This document shows positions 38,022-47,699 of a stretch of 64,000 bases of DNA, piece after piece. The position numbers were made by a program, and so were the translations under genes. Under the pieces are notes generated by a model. That model worked only from the letters and a program-made list of their open reading frames with translations, had not been told where the DNA came from and did no database searches. This DNA comes from an uncultured Candidatus Saccharibacteria bacterium. Its GTDB lineage: Bacteria; Patescibacteriota; Andersenbacteria; UBA10190. Position 1 is the stretch's first letter; each line of letters starts with the position of its first letter. The stretch lies in the NCBI GenBank assembly GCA_964654145.1, contig CAZZHI010000001.1, forward strand, positions 9,956-73,955, read 5' to 3'.

Positions 38022-39710
38022 GTGTATATGGTGTTTGATCCTGTCTTATCGGAGGCTGAGCGAAATAAAGAGCTCGGTGCTCGGTTGTCTACATTCTCTC
38101 AAGGACAAGAAGAGCGTCTTGCTGAGCGTCGTGCAGAAGAGCTTGGTCTTCCGTATATAAATTTAGTTGTGTTTCCTATTGATTCTGACGTACTGGAAAG
38201 GGTTCCAAAAACAGATGCTCTTCGTGCACAAGCGGTTTTGTTTTACAAGCAGGGTGGAGATATTCGCCTTGCGGCGGTCGACCCTTCATCTAAGGAGGTG
38301 CAGGAGCTCGCAAAGCAAATTGAGACAAAGATAGGGTATGCGCCGCATTTATATGTAGTATCTTCTCGGAGCGTTGCGGCTGCAATTGCTCGATACAGGA
38401 GAGACTCAACGATAAATAATGCTCCTCAGGATGAATTGAGGATTAATCAAAAAGAGGCGGATGCATTTTCTACGGAACTTAAAAATCTAGAAGAGCTCGG
38501 GCTTCGTATTACTACGATGCCGCCGACTGAAATTTTAAGCGCTATCGTAATTAGTGCTGTTCGTCTCCGTGCTTCCGACATTCACGTTGAGCCAAAAGAA
38601 AAGCAGGCGCGTTTGCGTTTTCGTATTGATGGTGTCTTGCAGGATGTTGCTACGTTTGATCGAGAGGGTTGGTCCCTTCTTCTTTCTCGAGTTAAGGTTA
38701 TGGCGAAATTAAAGCTCAATGTTCGAGACGTGCCTCAGGACGGTAGTTTTGTATTACGAATAGGCGAAGAAACGTTCGATATGCGTCTTTCTACGTTGCC
38801 AGGGGGAACGGGGGAGAATATCGTTATTCGTTTGCTTGATAGAAGGGCTGAAGCGGTAGAACTGCCTGCTCTTGGTATGAAGACTCGGGATTTAGAGATT
38901 GTTCATCGCGAGCTAAAGCGCGTAAACGGAATGATATTAATAACAGGTCCTACCGGATCAGGAAAAACCACTACACTAGCCTCTTTTTTGCGAGAAGTAA
39001 ATAATTCTGATTTAAAAATTATTACCTTAGAGGATCCTATTGAGTATCGAATTACGGGAGTTGAGCAGACCCAAGTAGATGCTGATGCAGGGTACTCCTT
39101 TGCGTTGGGGTTGCGCTCTATTTTGCGCCAAGACCCAGACATGATTATGGTGGGTGAAATGCGTGATGTGGAAACCGCAGAGACTGCAGTACACGCTGCG
39201 CTAACTGGGCATTTAGTATTTTCAACACTTCATACAAACGATGCCGCGGGCGCAATTCCTCGACTTATTGATATGGGGATACGCCCCTACGTTCTTGCCC
39301 CGGCGCTGAATCTTGTGATTGCCCAGCGTCTTGTTCGAGTGGTTTGCAGCTCTTGTGCTCAGGAGTATAAGCCAGACGCTTCTCAAATAGCTCGAGCAAA
39401 AGAAGTAATGAAAGGTGTTCGAGAGGATATATTTAATCCAAGTGTTCTTGATGATACTTCTCTTATGTTTATGAGAGCTGTGGGTTGCGCCGCGTGCGGC
39501 AACACGGGGTATCATGGGCGCTTGGGCGCATTTGAGATATTCGCAGTTCAGGGAGAGATGAAAGATAAAATATTACAAGGCGCAAGTAGTGCGGATATTC
39601 AGGTTCTTGCGCAAAAAGACGGAATGACAACCATTGCCCAGGATGCGTATTTAAAAGTTATAGACAAAAAAACAACAATAGAAGAAGTGGAGCGAGTTTC
39701 TCAGGAATAA
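38022..39710 (+). CDS. GspE/PilB-family type II secretion / type IV pilus assembly ATPase
   Basis: It has a T2SSE N-domain, a Walker A (GPTGSGKTTTL), Asp-box and His-box motifs, and a C-terminal tetracysteine (CSSC...CAACGNTG). Confidence 0.85.
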   Translation: MYMVFDPVLSEAERNKELGARLSTFSQGQEERLAERRAEELGLPYINLVVFPIDSDVLERVPKTDALRAQAVLFYKQGGDIRLAAVDPSSKEVQELAKQIETKIGYAPHLYVVSSRSVAAAIARYRRDSTINNAPQDELRINQKEADAFSTELKNLEELGLRITTMPPTEILSAIVISAVRLRASDIHVEPKEKQARLRFRIDGVLQDVATFDREGWSLLLSRVKVMAKLKLNVRDVPQDGSFVLRIGEETFDMRLSTLPGGTGENIVIRLLDRRAEAVELPALGMKTRDLEIVHRELKRVNGMILITGPTGSGKTTTLASFLREVNNSDLKIITLEDPIEYRITGVEQTQVDADAGYSFALGLRSILRQDPDMIMVGEMRDVETAETAVHAALTGHLVFSTLHTNDAAGAIPRLIDMGIRPYVLAPALNLVIAQRLVRVVCSSCAQEYKPDASQIARAKEVMKGVREDIFNPSVLDDTSLMFMRAVGCAACGNTGYHGRLGAFEIFAVQGEMKDKILQGASSADIQVLAQKDGMTTIAQDAYLKVIDKKTTIEEVERVSQE

Positions 39711-39713
39711 TAC

Positions 39714-40865
39714 CTATTGAGTTCTGATTGGAAGAATGCTTTGTATTTTTGCGATTGTGCGCTTTTCTGCTTCATCGAGTGATGGGGCTGATATTGGGAA
39801 TGTGAGAAGGTTGCCTTCTTTTTGCGCAGCAAGTGTTTCCTGAATTTCCTTTGCGCGCTTTGTGAGGCCTTTTCCTAAAATCATGTACGCAGTATATTGC
39901 TTTGCCTCGTCTTCATAGAGGATGCACGCAGCATTATACCCGGAAATATTATTTGTTAATTCTTGGATAACGAGTGGAAGGTGGCGTGTAGTTGCTCCGC
40001 TTTCAGCAAGATCGAGTGTTCGTAATATGCTCCAAAAAATTTGACCATGTTCGTCGTGCCGAAGACGAGCATACGTTCTCCCTGCTAGTTTTAATAGAAA
40101 TAAAGGCTTTGTTTTTACTAATTGCTGAATGACGGTTTCCGTATTTGCGCGGTATTCCATGAGTTCTGCTGCTATTTGGAATGCGTGAGGAGTTGTTGAT
40201 GGCCTCTGAAACGACTCCGTTGCCCCTACAATGCCCGCATAGAGCGCGGTAGCTACATCCGCATCTATACTATCTGGGCCAAGCGCAGATATGATTTCAT
40301 GGGTTATTTCTGCAATAGATGATGCGGTAATGTCTACGATATTTACGGTCCCAAAATGCTCATTCGTGGGGCGGTGATCAATGTTTATAATAGGGGTATT
40401 ATAGAAAAAATCGGCATGGCTTGTGAAAAGTTTTCCGATATCCGCTAAATCAGATGCGCCAAATATCACAATGGCGTCGTATGGGAGCTGTTGAATATGG
40501 GCTTCTATAGAATCCGCGCCTATTTCTATGCCCTCTGGTAAAGAAAACTGAATTCGGATACCACCCTTGAGTTCTTGCTGTTGAATGTCTTGTATTGAGG
40601 AGACCCCAGCTAGGTCGATAATTACTTGAGGTTTAAACGTTGGCTGCATGGATACTTGTGACGATCCAGGGAGGAATTGCAGCTCTTGCGGGACATGGGA
40701 GGGACTAACGGAATGGATAGCTTTATGTTGCAGTTTTCCGAGTGCGAGGTTGAGAGCGATCATGGACGAAAAGGCATCAGTAGAAGTTTTTTCGGGTACG
40801 AGCAGGAGAATACTGGTTGCTTTGCTTAGAATAGATAGCGCTTGTTGTGTTTCTGGGAGGCTCAT
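39714..40865 (-). CDS. NrnA-like DHH/DHHA1 phosphoesterase homolog with apparently degenerate catalytic motifs
   Basis: The NIDHRPTNEHFGTVNIVDITASSIAEITHEI...YAGIVGATESF block aligns with B. subtilis NrnA KIDHHPNEDPYGDLLWVDTSASSVSEMIYEL...YAGIVGDTGRF. However DHH becomes DHR, the motif I DxD is absent, and GGGH becomes GATTRH. Confidence 0.55.
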   Translation of the reverse strand: MSLPETQQALSILSKATSILLLVPEKTSTDAFSSMIALNLALGKLQHKAIHSVSPSHVPQELQFLPGSSQVSMQPTFKPQVIIDLAGVSSIQDIQQQELKGGIRIQFSLPEGIEIGADSIEAHIQQLPYDAIVIFGASDLADIGKLFTSHADFFYNTPIINIDHRPTNEHFGTVNIVDITASSIAEITHEIISALGPDSIDADVATALYAGIVGATESFQRPSTTPHAFQIAAELMEYRANTETVIQQLVKTKPLFLLKLAGRTYARLRHDEHGQIFWSILRTLDLAESGATTRHLPLVIQELTNNISGYNAACILYEDEAKQYTAYMILGKGLTKRAKEIQETLAAQKEGNLLTFPISAPSLDEAEKRTIAKIQSILPIRTQ

Positions 40866-40987
40866 GAAAGATAAAAGATGGATATGTAATAAATCTTTTC
40901 ATCCTATATCGTTTATCGAATAAAAGAAACAGCTAGAATGTGGAAATGTATTTATAATTACGAAAAACTTGTTGTAGGATTGGCAGT

Positions 40988-41476
40988 ATGGAAGAAATTT
41001 CCCTGAACGGAACTCACGCAATAGCAAATTTGGCTCAGCTAGGCATTCTTGCTACCCGGCTATCTGAAGAGCTTTTACCAGGAGATGTTGTATTACTGTC
41101 CGGAGAGCTTGGAGCAGGAAAGACAACGTTTACTCAGTATCTTGGCAAAGCTCTTGGAATTACAGATCCTATCACTTCGCCTACATATACTTTAGTAGGA
41201 GAGTATGTAGTTACCGGTAGGGAGGGTATTAACCGGCTTATTCATATTGATCTGTATCGTACTGGCGGGGCTACTGTAAAGGGGCAATCAGCATTGAATA
41301 CTGATTATGTTCAAGATATTTTTACAACCGCAAAAGAGGGGCAGGCTGTTGTAATAGTTGAGTGGCCAGAATTTTTAGGGCTCAAGATTTCTAACCGGGT
41401 TTGGGATGTGAAAATAAAGAGCGGCAAAGAAGCTGAAAGTAGGATTATTACCGTCTTTATGCATACGACGGCATAG
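40988..41476 (+). CDS. tsaE: tRNA threonylcarbamoyladenosine biosynthesis protein TsaE (YjeE ATPase)
   Basis: It has a P-loop (LSGELGAGKTTFTQ) and is 162 aa. Confidence 0.8.
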   Translation: MEEISLNGTHAIANLAQLGILATRLSEELLPGDVVLLSGELGAGKTTFTQYLGKALGITDPITSPTYTLVGEYVVTGREGINRLIHIDLYRTGGATVKGQSALNTDYVQDIFTTAKEGQAVVIVEWPEFLGLKISNRVWDVKIKSGKEAESRIITVFMHTTA

Positions 41477-41490
41477 TCTACACTTACCAC

Positions 41491-44202
41491 ATGGCAAAAC
41501 GGCAGAAACTGGCAATTATAGATGCTCATGCGCTCATTCATCGGGCGTATCATGCATTGCCACCGATGACTACGACAGACGGTACTCCAACAAACGCAGT
41601 ATATGGCTTTACTACGATGTTGCTTAAAATGATGGCAACCTTAAAGCCAACCCATGTCATAGCCGCGTTCGACATGAAAGGGCCTACATTTCGACATGAA
41701 AAGTACGAAGATTATAAGGCTCATAGGAAAGCGCTCGATGACGACCTTATTGTTCAGTTTGATATTGTCCGTAAGGTAGCCCAGGCTTTTTCTATTCCCG
41801 TTTTAGAGAAAAGCGGATATGAGGCAGACGATATCATTGGCACTGTAGTGAAGCGCTTAAAAAAAGAAATTCCTATTGTGATTATTACTGGTGATATGGA
41901 CACATTACAGTTAGTTGAGGAGAATGTTTCCGTGTTTGCTCCCAAGCGCGGCATGGCCGATACGATACTGTATACCCCGGAGATTGTGCAGGAAGTATAT
42001 GGGTTTGCTCCAACTCTTATTCCTGATTACAAGGGTTTAGCTGGTGATTCTTCTGATAATATTAAGGGCGTTGCAGGCATTGGTACAAAAACAGCGAAAG
42101 AGTTGGTAGGGGCTTATGGCGCACTGGAAAATATTTTTAAACATGTGGACGATTTGCCTACGCGTGCAAAAACGAGACTCACGGGGCATGAGGATGATGC
42201 ACTCTTTAGTCGCGAGTTAGCAACGATTCACCAGGACGCTCCTATAGAAGTTTCGCTAGAAGATGCAGTATTTGATAATTATAATGAACGTAATGTTCGT
42301 GAAATATTTCGTGCTCTTGGATTTCGCACACTCCTTTCAAGAATTCCGGGATCCGATTCAGGAACTAGATCAACAATTCAGGATATAGATAAGGCGGATA
42401 TTCAGCTTCCGGAAGGGTATACTCTTGTTCAAACAACGGATGAGCAGAAAGATTTACGAGTAATATTAAAAGACGCTCGTGTTGTAGCTTTTGATACAGA
42501 GACAGATGGGTTGGGTCCACGAACGAGCCCAATTATAGGAATGAGCTTTGCTATGTATGACGAACAGGAAAAAGTGCGAGCTTGGTATGTGCCTATTGAT
42601 GCAGGAGGTTTAGTTGCTTGGAAGGATTTTTTTGAAGATGAGAGTATCTCAAAAACAGGGCACAACATAAAATATGATATGGAGGTTTTACTTCAATCGG
42701 GTATTACTCTAAGGGGTGTTGTATTTGATAGTATGATTGCAAGTTATCTCTTGCGCCCAGGGAGTCGCGCTCATGGTATGGATGATTTGGCACAGGAAAA
42801 ACTAGACTACACGCCAATTCCTATTACGGATTTAATCGGTTCTGGAAAAAACCAAAAAAGTATGAAGGATGTGCCTCTTGTAGAAATTGCCCGCTATGCC
42901 GCCGAGGATGCGGATGTGTCTCTTCGTCTCTACACAGTATTTTTAAAAGAGCTTCGTGACGAGAAGCTCCAAGATGTTTTGCTGGATATCGAAATTCCGT
43001 TAATAGAGGTCTTGGCTCATATTGAAAATACGGGAGTTGCAATCGATTTGCGCGTGCTCACTACTTTGCGGAAGAAGGTTGTTCAACGGATATCCGCCAT
43101 TGAACAGGAGATATGGTCAATGGCGGGAGAGAATTTTAATGTTAATTCACCCAAGCAGCTACAGGTGATTTTATTCGATCGTCTCAAGTTACCTACTGTT
43201 GGAATTAAAAAAACTCAAACGGGGTATTCTACTGCTGCCGGCGAGCTTGAGAAATTAGCTGGGACTCACGCAATTATCGCACTTCTTTCTGAATATAGGG
43301 AGATCTCTAAGCTTAAAAGTACGTATTTGGATCTTTTACCTCCTCTAATTAATAAGGATACTGGTAGGATTTATGCATCGTTTAATCAAACCGTTGCTGC
43401 AACGGGTCGCCTTTCTTCCTCTGATCCTAATTTGCAAAATATCCCAGTTCGAACTGAAATGGGCCAAGAGATTCGCAGTGCATTTATTGCAAAAAATGGG
43501 TCAGTATTTGTGAAAGCGGACTATTCTCAACTTGAGCTTCGTATTGCAGCTCATATGGCGCAAGATGCAAAAATGCTCTCAGCATTTAAAGCCGGGCAGG
43601 ATATTCATCGAGCAACCGCTGCTTCGGTATTTGGCATTTCTCCGGAAGAGGTAACTGATGATATGCGCCGCCAAGCGAAGACACTCAATTTTGGAGTGCT
43701 GTACGGGATGGGTTCCCAGAGTTTTGCTCGGGCGGCAAGTGTGAGTGTGGAAGAGGCACGATCTTTTATTGATCGATATAAAAAGGAATATAGCGGTATT
43801 GAGGCATTTGTTGAAAAAACTATCTCCTTTGCCCAAGAGCACGGATATGTAGAAACGATGTTTGGGCGCAAAAGGTATATGCCAGAACTTAATTCCAATA
43901 ATCCAGCTATTCGTGCTGCTGCTGAGCGTATGGCGTTTAATTTCCCTATTCAGGGGACGGAAGCAGACATTATTAAAAAGGCCATGATTCAGCTATATGC
44001 GCTTATTCGAGATACATACAAGGATAGCGCTATTGTTTTAACGGTTCATGATGAGTTGGTGTGCGAAGTCCCTCTTCACCAAGCTCATGATTTTGCCCTT
44101 GCAATGAAGGGTGTTATGGAGGGTATTGTGGTGCTTGATTCAATCTTGATGGTTGATGTCGGGACTGGGGCTAATTGGAACACTATTTCCGCGCTATCTT
44201 AA
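41491..44202 (+). CDS. polA: DNA polymerase I (5'-3' exo, 3'-5' exo-like and polymerase domains)
   Basis: It has the 5' nuclease N-terminus (KLAIIDAHALIHRAYHA), polymerase motif A (DYSQLELRIAAH), motif B (RRQAKTLNFGVLYGM) and motif C (VHDELV). Confidence 0.95.
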   Translation: MAKRQKLAIIDAHALIHRAYHALPPMTTTDGTPTNAVYGFTTMLLKMMATLKPTHVIAAFDMKGPTFRHEKYEDYKAHRKALDDDLIVQFDIVRKVAQAFSIPVLEKSGYEADDIIGTVVKRLKKEIPIVIITGDMDTLQLVEENVSVFAPKRGMADTILYTPEIVQEVYGFAPTLIPDYKGLAGDSSDNIKGVAGIGTKTAKELVGAYGALENIFKHVDDLPTRAKTRLTGHEDDALFSRELATIHQDAPIEVSLEDAVFDNYNERNVREIFRALGFRTLLSRIPGSDSGTRSTIQDIDKADIQLPEGYTLVQTTDEQKDLRVILKDARVVAFDTETDGLGPRTSPIIGMSFAMYDEQEKVRAWYVPIDAGGLVAWKDFFEDESISKTGHNIKYDMEVLLQSGITLRGVVFDSMIASYLLRPGSRAHGMDDLAQEKLDYTPIPITDLIGSGKNQKSMKDVPLVEIARYAAEDADVSLRLYTVFLKELRDEKLQDVLLDIEIPLIEVLAHIENTGVAIDLRVLTTLRKKVVQRISAIEQEIWSMAGENFNVNSPKQLQVILFDRLKLPTVGIKKTQTGYSTAAGELEKLAGTHAIIALLSEYREISKLKSTYLDLLPPLINKDTGRIYASFNQTVAATGRLSSSDPNLQNIPVRTEMGQEIRSAFIAKNGSVFVKADYSQLELRIAAHMAQDAKMLSAFKAGQDIHRATAASVFGISPEEVTDDMRRQAKTLNFGVLYGMGSQSFARAASVSVEEARSFIDRYKKEYSGIEAFVEKTISFAQEHGYVETMFGRKRYMPELNSNNPAIRAAAERMAFNFPIQGTEADIIKKAMIQLYALIRDTYKDSAIVLTVHDELVCEVPLHQAHDFALAMKGVMEGIVVLDSILMVDVGTGANWNTISALS

Positions 44203-44252
44203 ATGCAGTATACTAGAGAAATTATTTTAAACCTTAAGACGATTTAATTATC

Positions 44253-45455
44253 ATGCCTGAAGAATCTCCTCAATTACCGCCAAACGTCCCCCAAGGGGCT
44301 GCGAACACGCTATCACATACTCCGAAGCGAGGGAGTTCTAAAAAAATGATGTTTATTGTAGGCGGGGTAATTTTGCTCGGCGTTCTTATTGCTGCTTTTG
44401 GTGTGTATGCTGCAATGAAGTCGAAAAGTACCACAGGGACATATTTTGGACAGCTTCCTTTTTTGGGAGATAAATACGGACAGCTTCCTCTTGGCGGGGT
44501 TCGTGAAGGAGAATCTATAAACGTCCCAGATAAAGATGATTCTAAGGTTAATCGTGAGACGAGCGGACTTTCTGGGGTGTCTTGTGAAAATCCTAATAGG
44601 CGTGCTATTGGGGTGATGATGGCAGGGGACCCAATTAATCGTCCGATGTCTGGGTTCTCTAAAGCTGATATGGTTTTTGAATTACCGGTTCTTGTAAGTG
44701 GTGTAACAAGGCTTACGGGCGTGTATCAGTGTGGGGAGCCAAAAGATATCGGCTCTGTCCGCTCTGTTCGTCATGATTATTTATTCCTTCTTGAGGGTGT
44801 TGATGGAATTATGGCTCACTGGGGAGGAAGCTATCATGCGCTTAATCGAATTGCTGCTGGTGAATTCCAAACATTAAACGCTTTAACGAATCCTCATAAC
44901 GCATTCTTTAGAAAGAATAATCTTCCTGCGCCATATAATGGATTTACTACCTATGAGCGACTATGGAATGCGCTTGAAAAGTTAGGATACCGCACGACAA
45001 CTAACTTTAAGGGGTATGAATTTAAGGATGATATTGCAGCTGACCAGCGCCCTGCCGGCGGTACTCTTTCTATCGGATGGCCAGGAGCTTTTCGGGTAAG
45101 CTACGAATACAACAAAGAAACAAATCGATATGATCGATATTGGGCAGGTGTGAAGCAAGTTGATGCAGAGGATAACGCACAAGTTGCTCCAAGCTCAGTT
45201 GTTGTTATGAGGGCTACGAATACCTATGCCGATGGACCGGGCGGCTATAATGATGTTGCTATTGAGGGTAAAGGGGAAGCAACTGTGTATCAGGATGGAA
45301 AAGCTATTGTTGGCACGTGGACAAAAAATGAACTCGAAAAGAAAGATCCGCTTCGTTTCTTTAATGAAAAAGGAGACCCGATTATCTTTACTAGGGGGCA
45401 AGTGTGGATTACCGCAGTTGAGCCTACTGTCACGGTTACTTGGGAGCAAAAATGA
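44253..45455 (+). CDS. Membrane-anchored DUF3048-like protein (YerB-like)
   Basis: It has an N-terminal TM helix. The RAIGVMMAGDPINRPMSGFSKADMVFELPVLVSGVTRLTGVY segment matches the DUF3048 N-terminal signature. Confidence 0.5.
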   Translation: MPEESPQLPPNVPQGAANTLSHTPKRGSSKKMMFIVGGVILLGVLIAAFGVYAAMKSKSTTGTYFGQLPFLGDKYGQLPLGGVREGESINVPDKDDSKVNRETSGLSGVSCENPNRRAIGVMMAGDPINRPMSGFSKADMVFELPVLVSGVTRLTGVYQCGEPKDIGSVRSVRHDYLFLLEGVDGIMAHWGGSYHALNRIAAGEFQTLNALTNPHNAFFRKNNLPAPYNGFTTYERLWNALEKLGYRTTTNFKGYEFKDDIAADQRPAGGTLSIGWPGAFRVSYEYNKETNRYDRYWAGVKQVDAEDNAQVAPSSVVVMRATNTYADGPGGYNDVAIEGKGEATVYQDGKAIVGTWTKNELEKKDPLRFFNEKGDPIIFTRGQVWITAVEPTVTVTWEQK

Positions 45456-46381
45456 TTGAATATATCTTTGGTGACGACACTCTGACGGGAAGGGGCGTCA
45501 TTAAGGAGAAGGCTCGAGCACTTCGTGCAAATATACGATGGGTTGAAAAAGAAGATATTGAACGTGGCTCAGTTGAGTCGATTTTAGACTCCGCGCAAGG
45601 GTCCCTTCTTGGCGCAATTATTGTAGTGTTTCGTGATCCTTCGACTTATTCGGAGGATGTTCAAGAAATTATTCTGAAAAAAATAGAGCAGTCTGCTCCT
45701 GGGAATGTTGTGTTATGGGACCCTTTGGTTGATAGAAGGTTGGGATTTTATAAAAAAATAAAAAAACTTACATCAATTTCTGAATATAACCAACCCAAAA
45801 AAGACGACGATATGGTCCGCTGGACATCTTTATATATAAAGGAATACCGAAAAGATCTTCGTATGGATATTCAGGCAATTCGTGAGCTTGTTCGCCGTGT
45901 TGGGTGTGATGTTTGGGGAGTTGCGAGTGAATTGGATAAATTGTCCGCGATTTCTCAATCTATTGAGATTGCTGACGTCGTTCGTATAGTGCCTCAGCGC
46001 GAGCATGGGTATGAAAGCGCATTTCCTTTGCTCGAAGCGATCGCTCAAAAGCGTTCTCAGCGTGCGATTGCTATACTGGCCGATATGCAGAAGGAGGGTG
46101 CAACAGAGCGATTTATTCTTGCAATGCTAACATATCAATTTAGATTATTTTTGGCAGTGCGTATGGGGAAAGATTCTCGCTTTAGTGTTGATGATATTCA
46201 TAAAAAAACGGGGCTTCATCCTGTTGCAATTCAAAAAGCTATGGCCATTGCCTCAACATTATCAACCGCGGTAATTTTGGACATATTGGCAAGAGTTGCA
46301 GCTGCTGAAAAGTCTCTTATTACAACAACAATGGACGGAAGGTCCATTGTTACAATGCTTATTCTTGGGTTGTGTCGTTAA
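45452..46381 (+). CDS. holA: DNA polymerase III delta subunit HolA
   Basis: The N-terminus MIEYIFGDDTL matches the HolA start pattern (YLLYGEEEFL). The protein is about 310 aa and overlaps the upstream gene with ATGA. Confidence 0.55.
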   Translation: MIEYIFGDDTLTGRGVIKEKARALRANIRWVEKEDIERGSVESILDSAQGSLLGAIIVVFRDPSTYSEDVQEIILKKIEQSAPGNVVLWDPLVDRRLGFYKKIKKLTSISEYNQPKKDDDMVRWTSLYIKEYRKDLRMDIQAIRELVRRVGCDVWGVASELDKLSAISQSIEIADVVRIVPQREHGYESAFPLLEAIAQKRSQRAIAILADMQKEGATERFILAMLTYQFRLFLAVRMGKDSRFSVDDIHKKTGLHPVAIQKAMAIASTLSTAVILDILARVAAAEKSLITTTMDGRSIVTMLILGLCR

Positions 46382-46647
46382 GCTGAAATTGCTGCGGCAA
46401 CAGATTTTCGAAGGCGAGATTTTTTTCGAGCAGCTTTATTTGGGTGAATAATATTACGTTTTGCTGCTCGGTCTATAATACTTTCTGTTTTTGAAAGCTC
46501 TTGTTTTGCTAGGTCGTTATTCTTTGCTGTTAAAGCTTCACGAATAGTTTTTGTTGCAGCTTTCATTTTTCGGCGCCATATGTCATTTACCGCACGTCGG
46601 CGTGCGTTTGTTCGGAGGGCTTTCTTTCCTGCGGATAGTTGTGGCAT
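46378..46647 (-). CDS. rpsT: 30S ribosomal protein S20
   Basis: Translation gives MPQLSAGKKALRTNARRRAVNDIWRRKMKAATKTIREA... The basic N-terminus is typical of S20. The track ORF extends to 46683, but the Met at 46647 fits the family. Confidence 0.8.
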   Translation of the reverse strand: MPQLSAGKKALRTNARRRAVNDIWRRKMKAATKTIREALTAKNNDLAKQELSKTESIIDRAAKRNIIHPNKAARKKSRLRKSVAAAISA

Positions 46648-46736
46648 AAAAACAAGTATCGCAAAGAGGGGGAATAATGTCAACTAGAAGGTCTTAGTTT
46701 GACGTTTTGAGTCCTTAGGGGAAAAGGGAGGGAGGC

Positions 46737-47645
46737 TTACAGGAATATTTTTTTTGGCTTTATTGCAAGGGCGTTTGTTTCTCGGATCCCAATACCAAAT
46801 AAGTCTTTGCTCTCGTTGAGCAGAGCTATTGGGGTATTTTTAGGCATATTACTAGGGCTTACCCCTTCTTTCCCCTGTTTATATTTTGCGACATTGTCTT
46901 CGGGGCAAACAAGTTGAGGTATATGATTTGTGAGCTCTGCCATTGAAATGAGCACATTTTCTAGCCTGCTAGGAAGGTCTTTTACTAAAAATCCATTTGT
47001 ATCCGAAAATGCTCCTATTGCTGTTCTTGAAAGCTTGGAGCAGTATCCTCCAGTTTTTAGGAGTGTGCCAATATCGCGCGCAATAGACCGAATATATGTT
47101 CCTGTGCTGCACTTCACTGAAATATCTAGAATTGGATAGTTGTATGCGTGAAGAATGATCTCATGAATTATAACGGGGCGCGGCTCCCTCTCTACTACCT
47201 TTCCCTCCCGGGCATACTCATACATTTTTTTACCCTTAATCTTGATTGCTGCGTAGTGTGGTGGAATTTGCTCTGTTTGCTGTTTGATAAAGTTAAGTGC
47301 GGCTTCCACGTCTTTTTGTGTAGGTTGTTGGGGGGCGTTGGTTTTAGTGAGAGTGCCAGTACTGTCGTCTGTATCACTGGTTGCTCCTAGCGTTATTTCT
47401 GCTCGGTATGTTTTAGGGAGTAGGTGGAGTTCGTCTTGTAGTCGCGTCGCGTGCCCTAAAAGGATAATAAGTAGGCCTGTTGCAAAGGGGTCGAGGGTTC
47501 CGCTATGCCCCACCTTTGGCCGTTGGTCTGGGGTGGATACGGTAGCTATGTGGCGTCGGACAGCGTTTACTGCATCATGGGACGTAGCGCCCGCTTCTTT
47601 GTATACGAGCAGCCCGCCATGAGCTATGACTGTATTTTTCTCCAT
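46737..47645 (-). CDS. truB: tRNA pseudouridine(55) synthase TruB
   Basis: The catalytic motif GHSGTLDPFATGLLIILLG is present, and there is a C-terminal PUA-like domain. Confidence 0.85.
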   Translation of the reverse strand: MEKNTVIAHGGLLVYKEAGATSHDAVNAVRRHIATVSTPDQRPKVGHSGTLDPFATGLLIILLGHATRLQDELHLLPKTYRAEITLGATSDTDDSTGTLTKTNAPQQPTQKDVEAALNFIKQQTEQIPPHYAAIKIKGKKMYEYAREGKVVEREPRPVIIHEIILHAYNYPILDISVKCSTGTYIRSIARDIGTLLKTGGYCSKLSRTAIGAFSDTNGFLVKDLPSRLENVLISMAELTNHIPQLVCPEDNVAKYKQGKEGVSPSNMPKNTPIALLNESKDLFGIGIRETNALAIKPKKIFL

Positions 47646-47699
47646 AGATTGGTTACGATACAGGAATTGAGATTATTCAACAATTATTTCTTTTTGTAT

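Noticed and set aside
40866-40987. Perfect TATAAT at 40953-40958 upstream of tsaE.
   Set aside because: I found no acceptable -35 element at 16-18 nt spacing (cagcta/agctag). It may be an extended -10 promoter, but that is not supportable from sequence alone.
47505-47699. N-terminal 65 codons of the track ORF for Gmd.
   Set aside because: This extension overlaps truB on the opposite strand and has no Gmd homology. The conserved Gmd N-terminus (MSKTALITGITGQDGSYL) begins at 47700.
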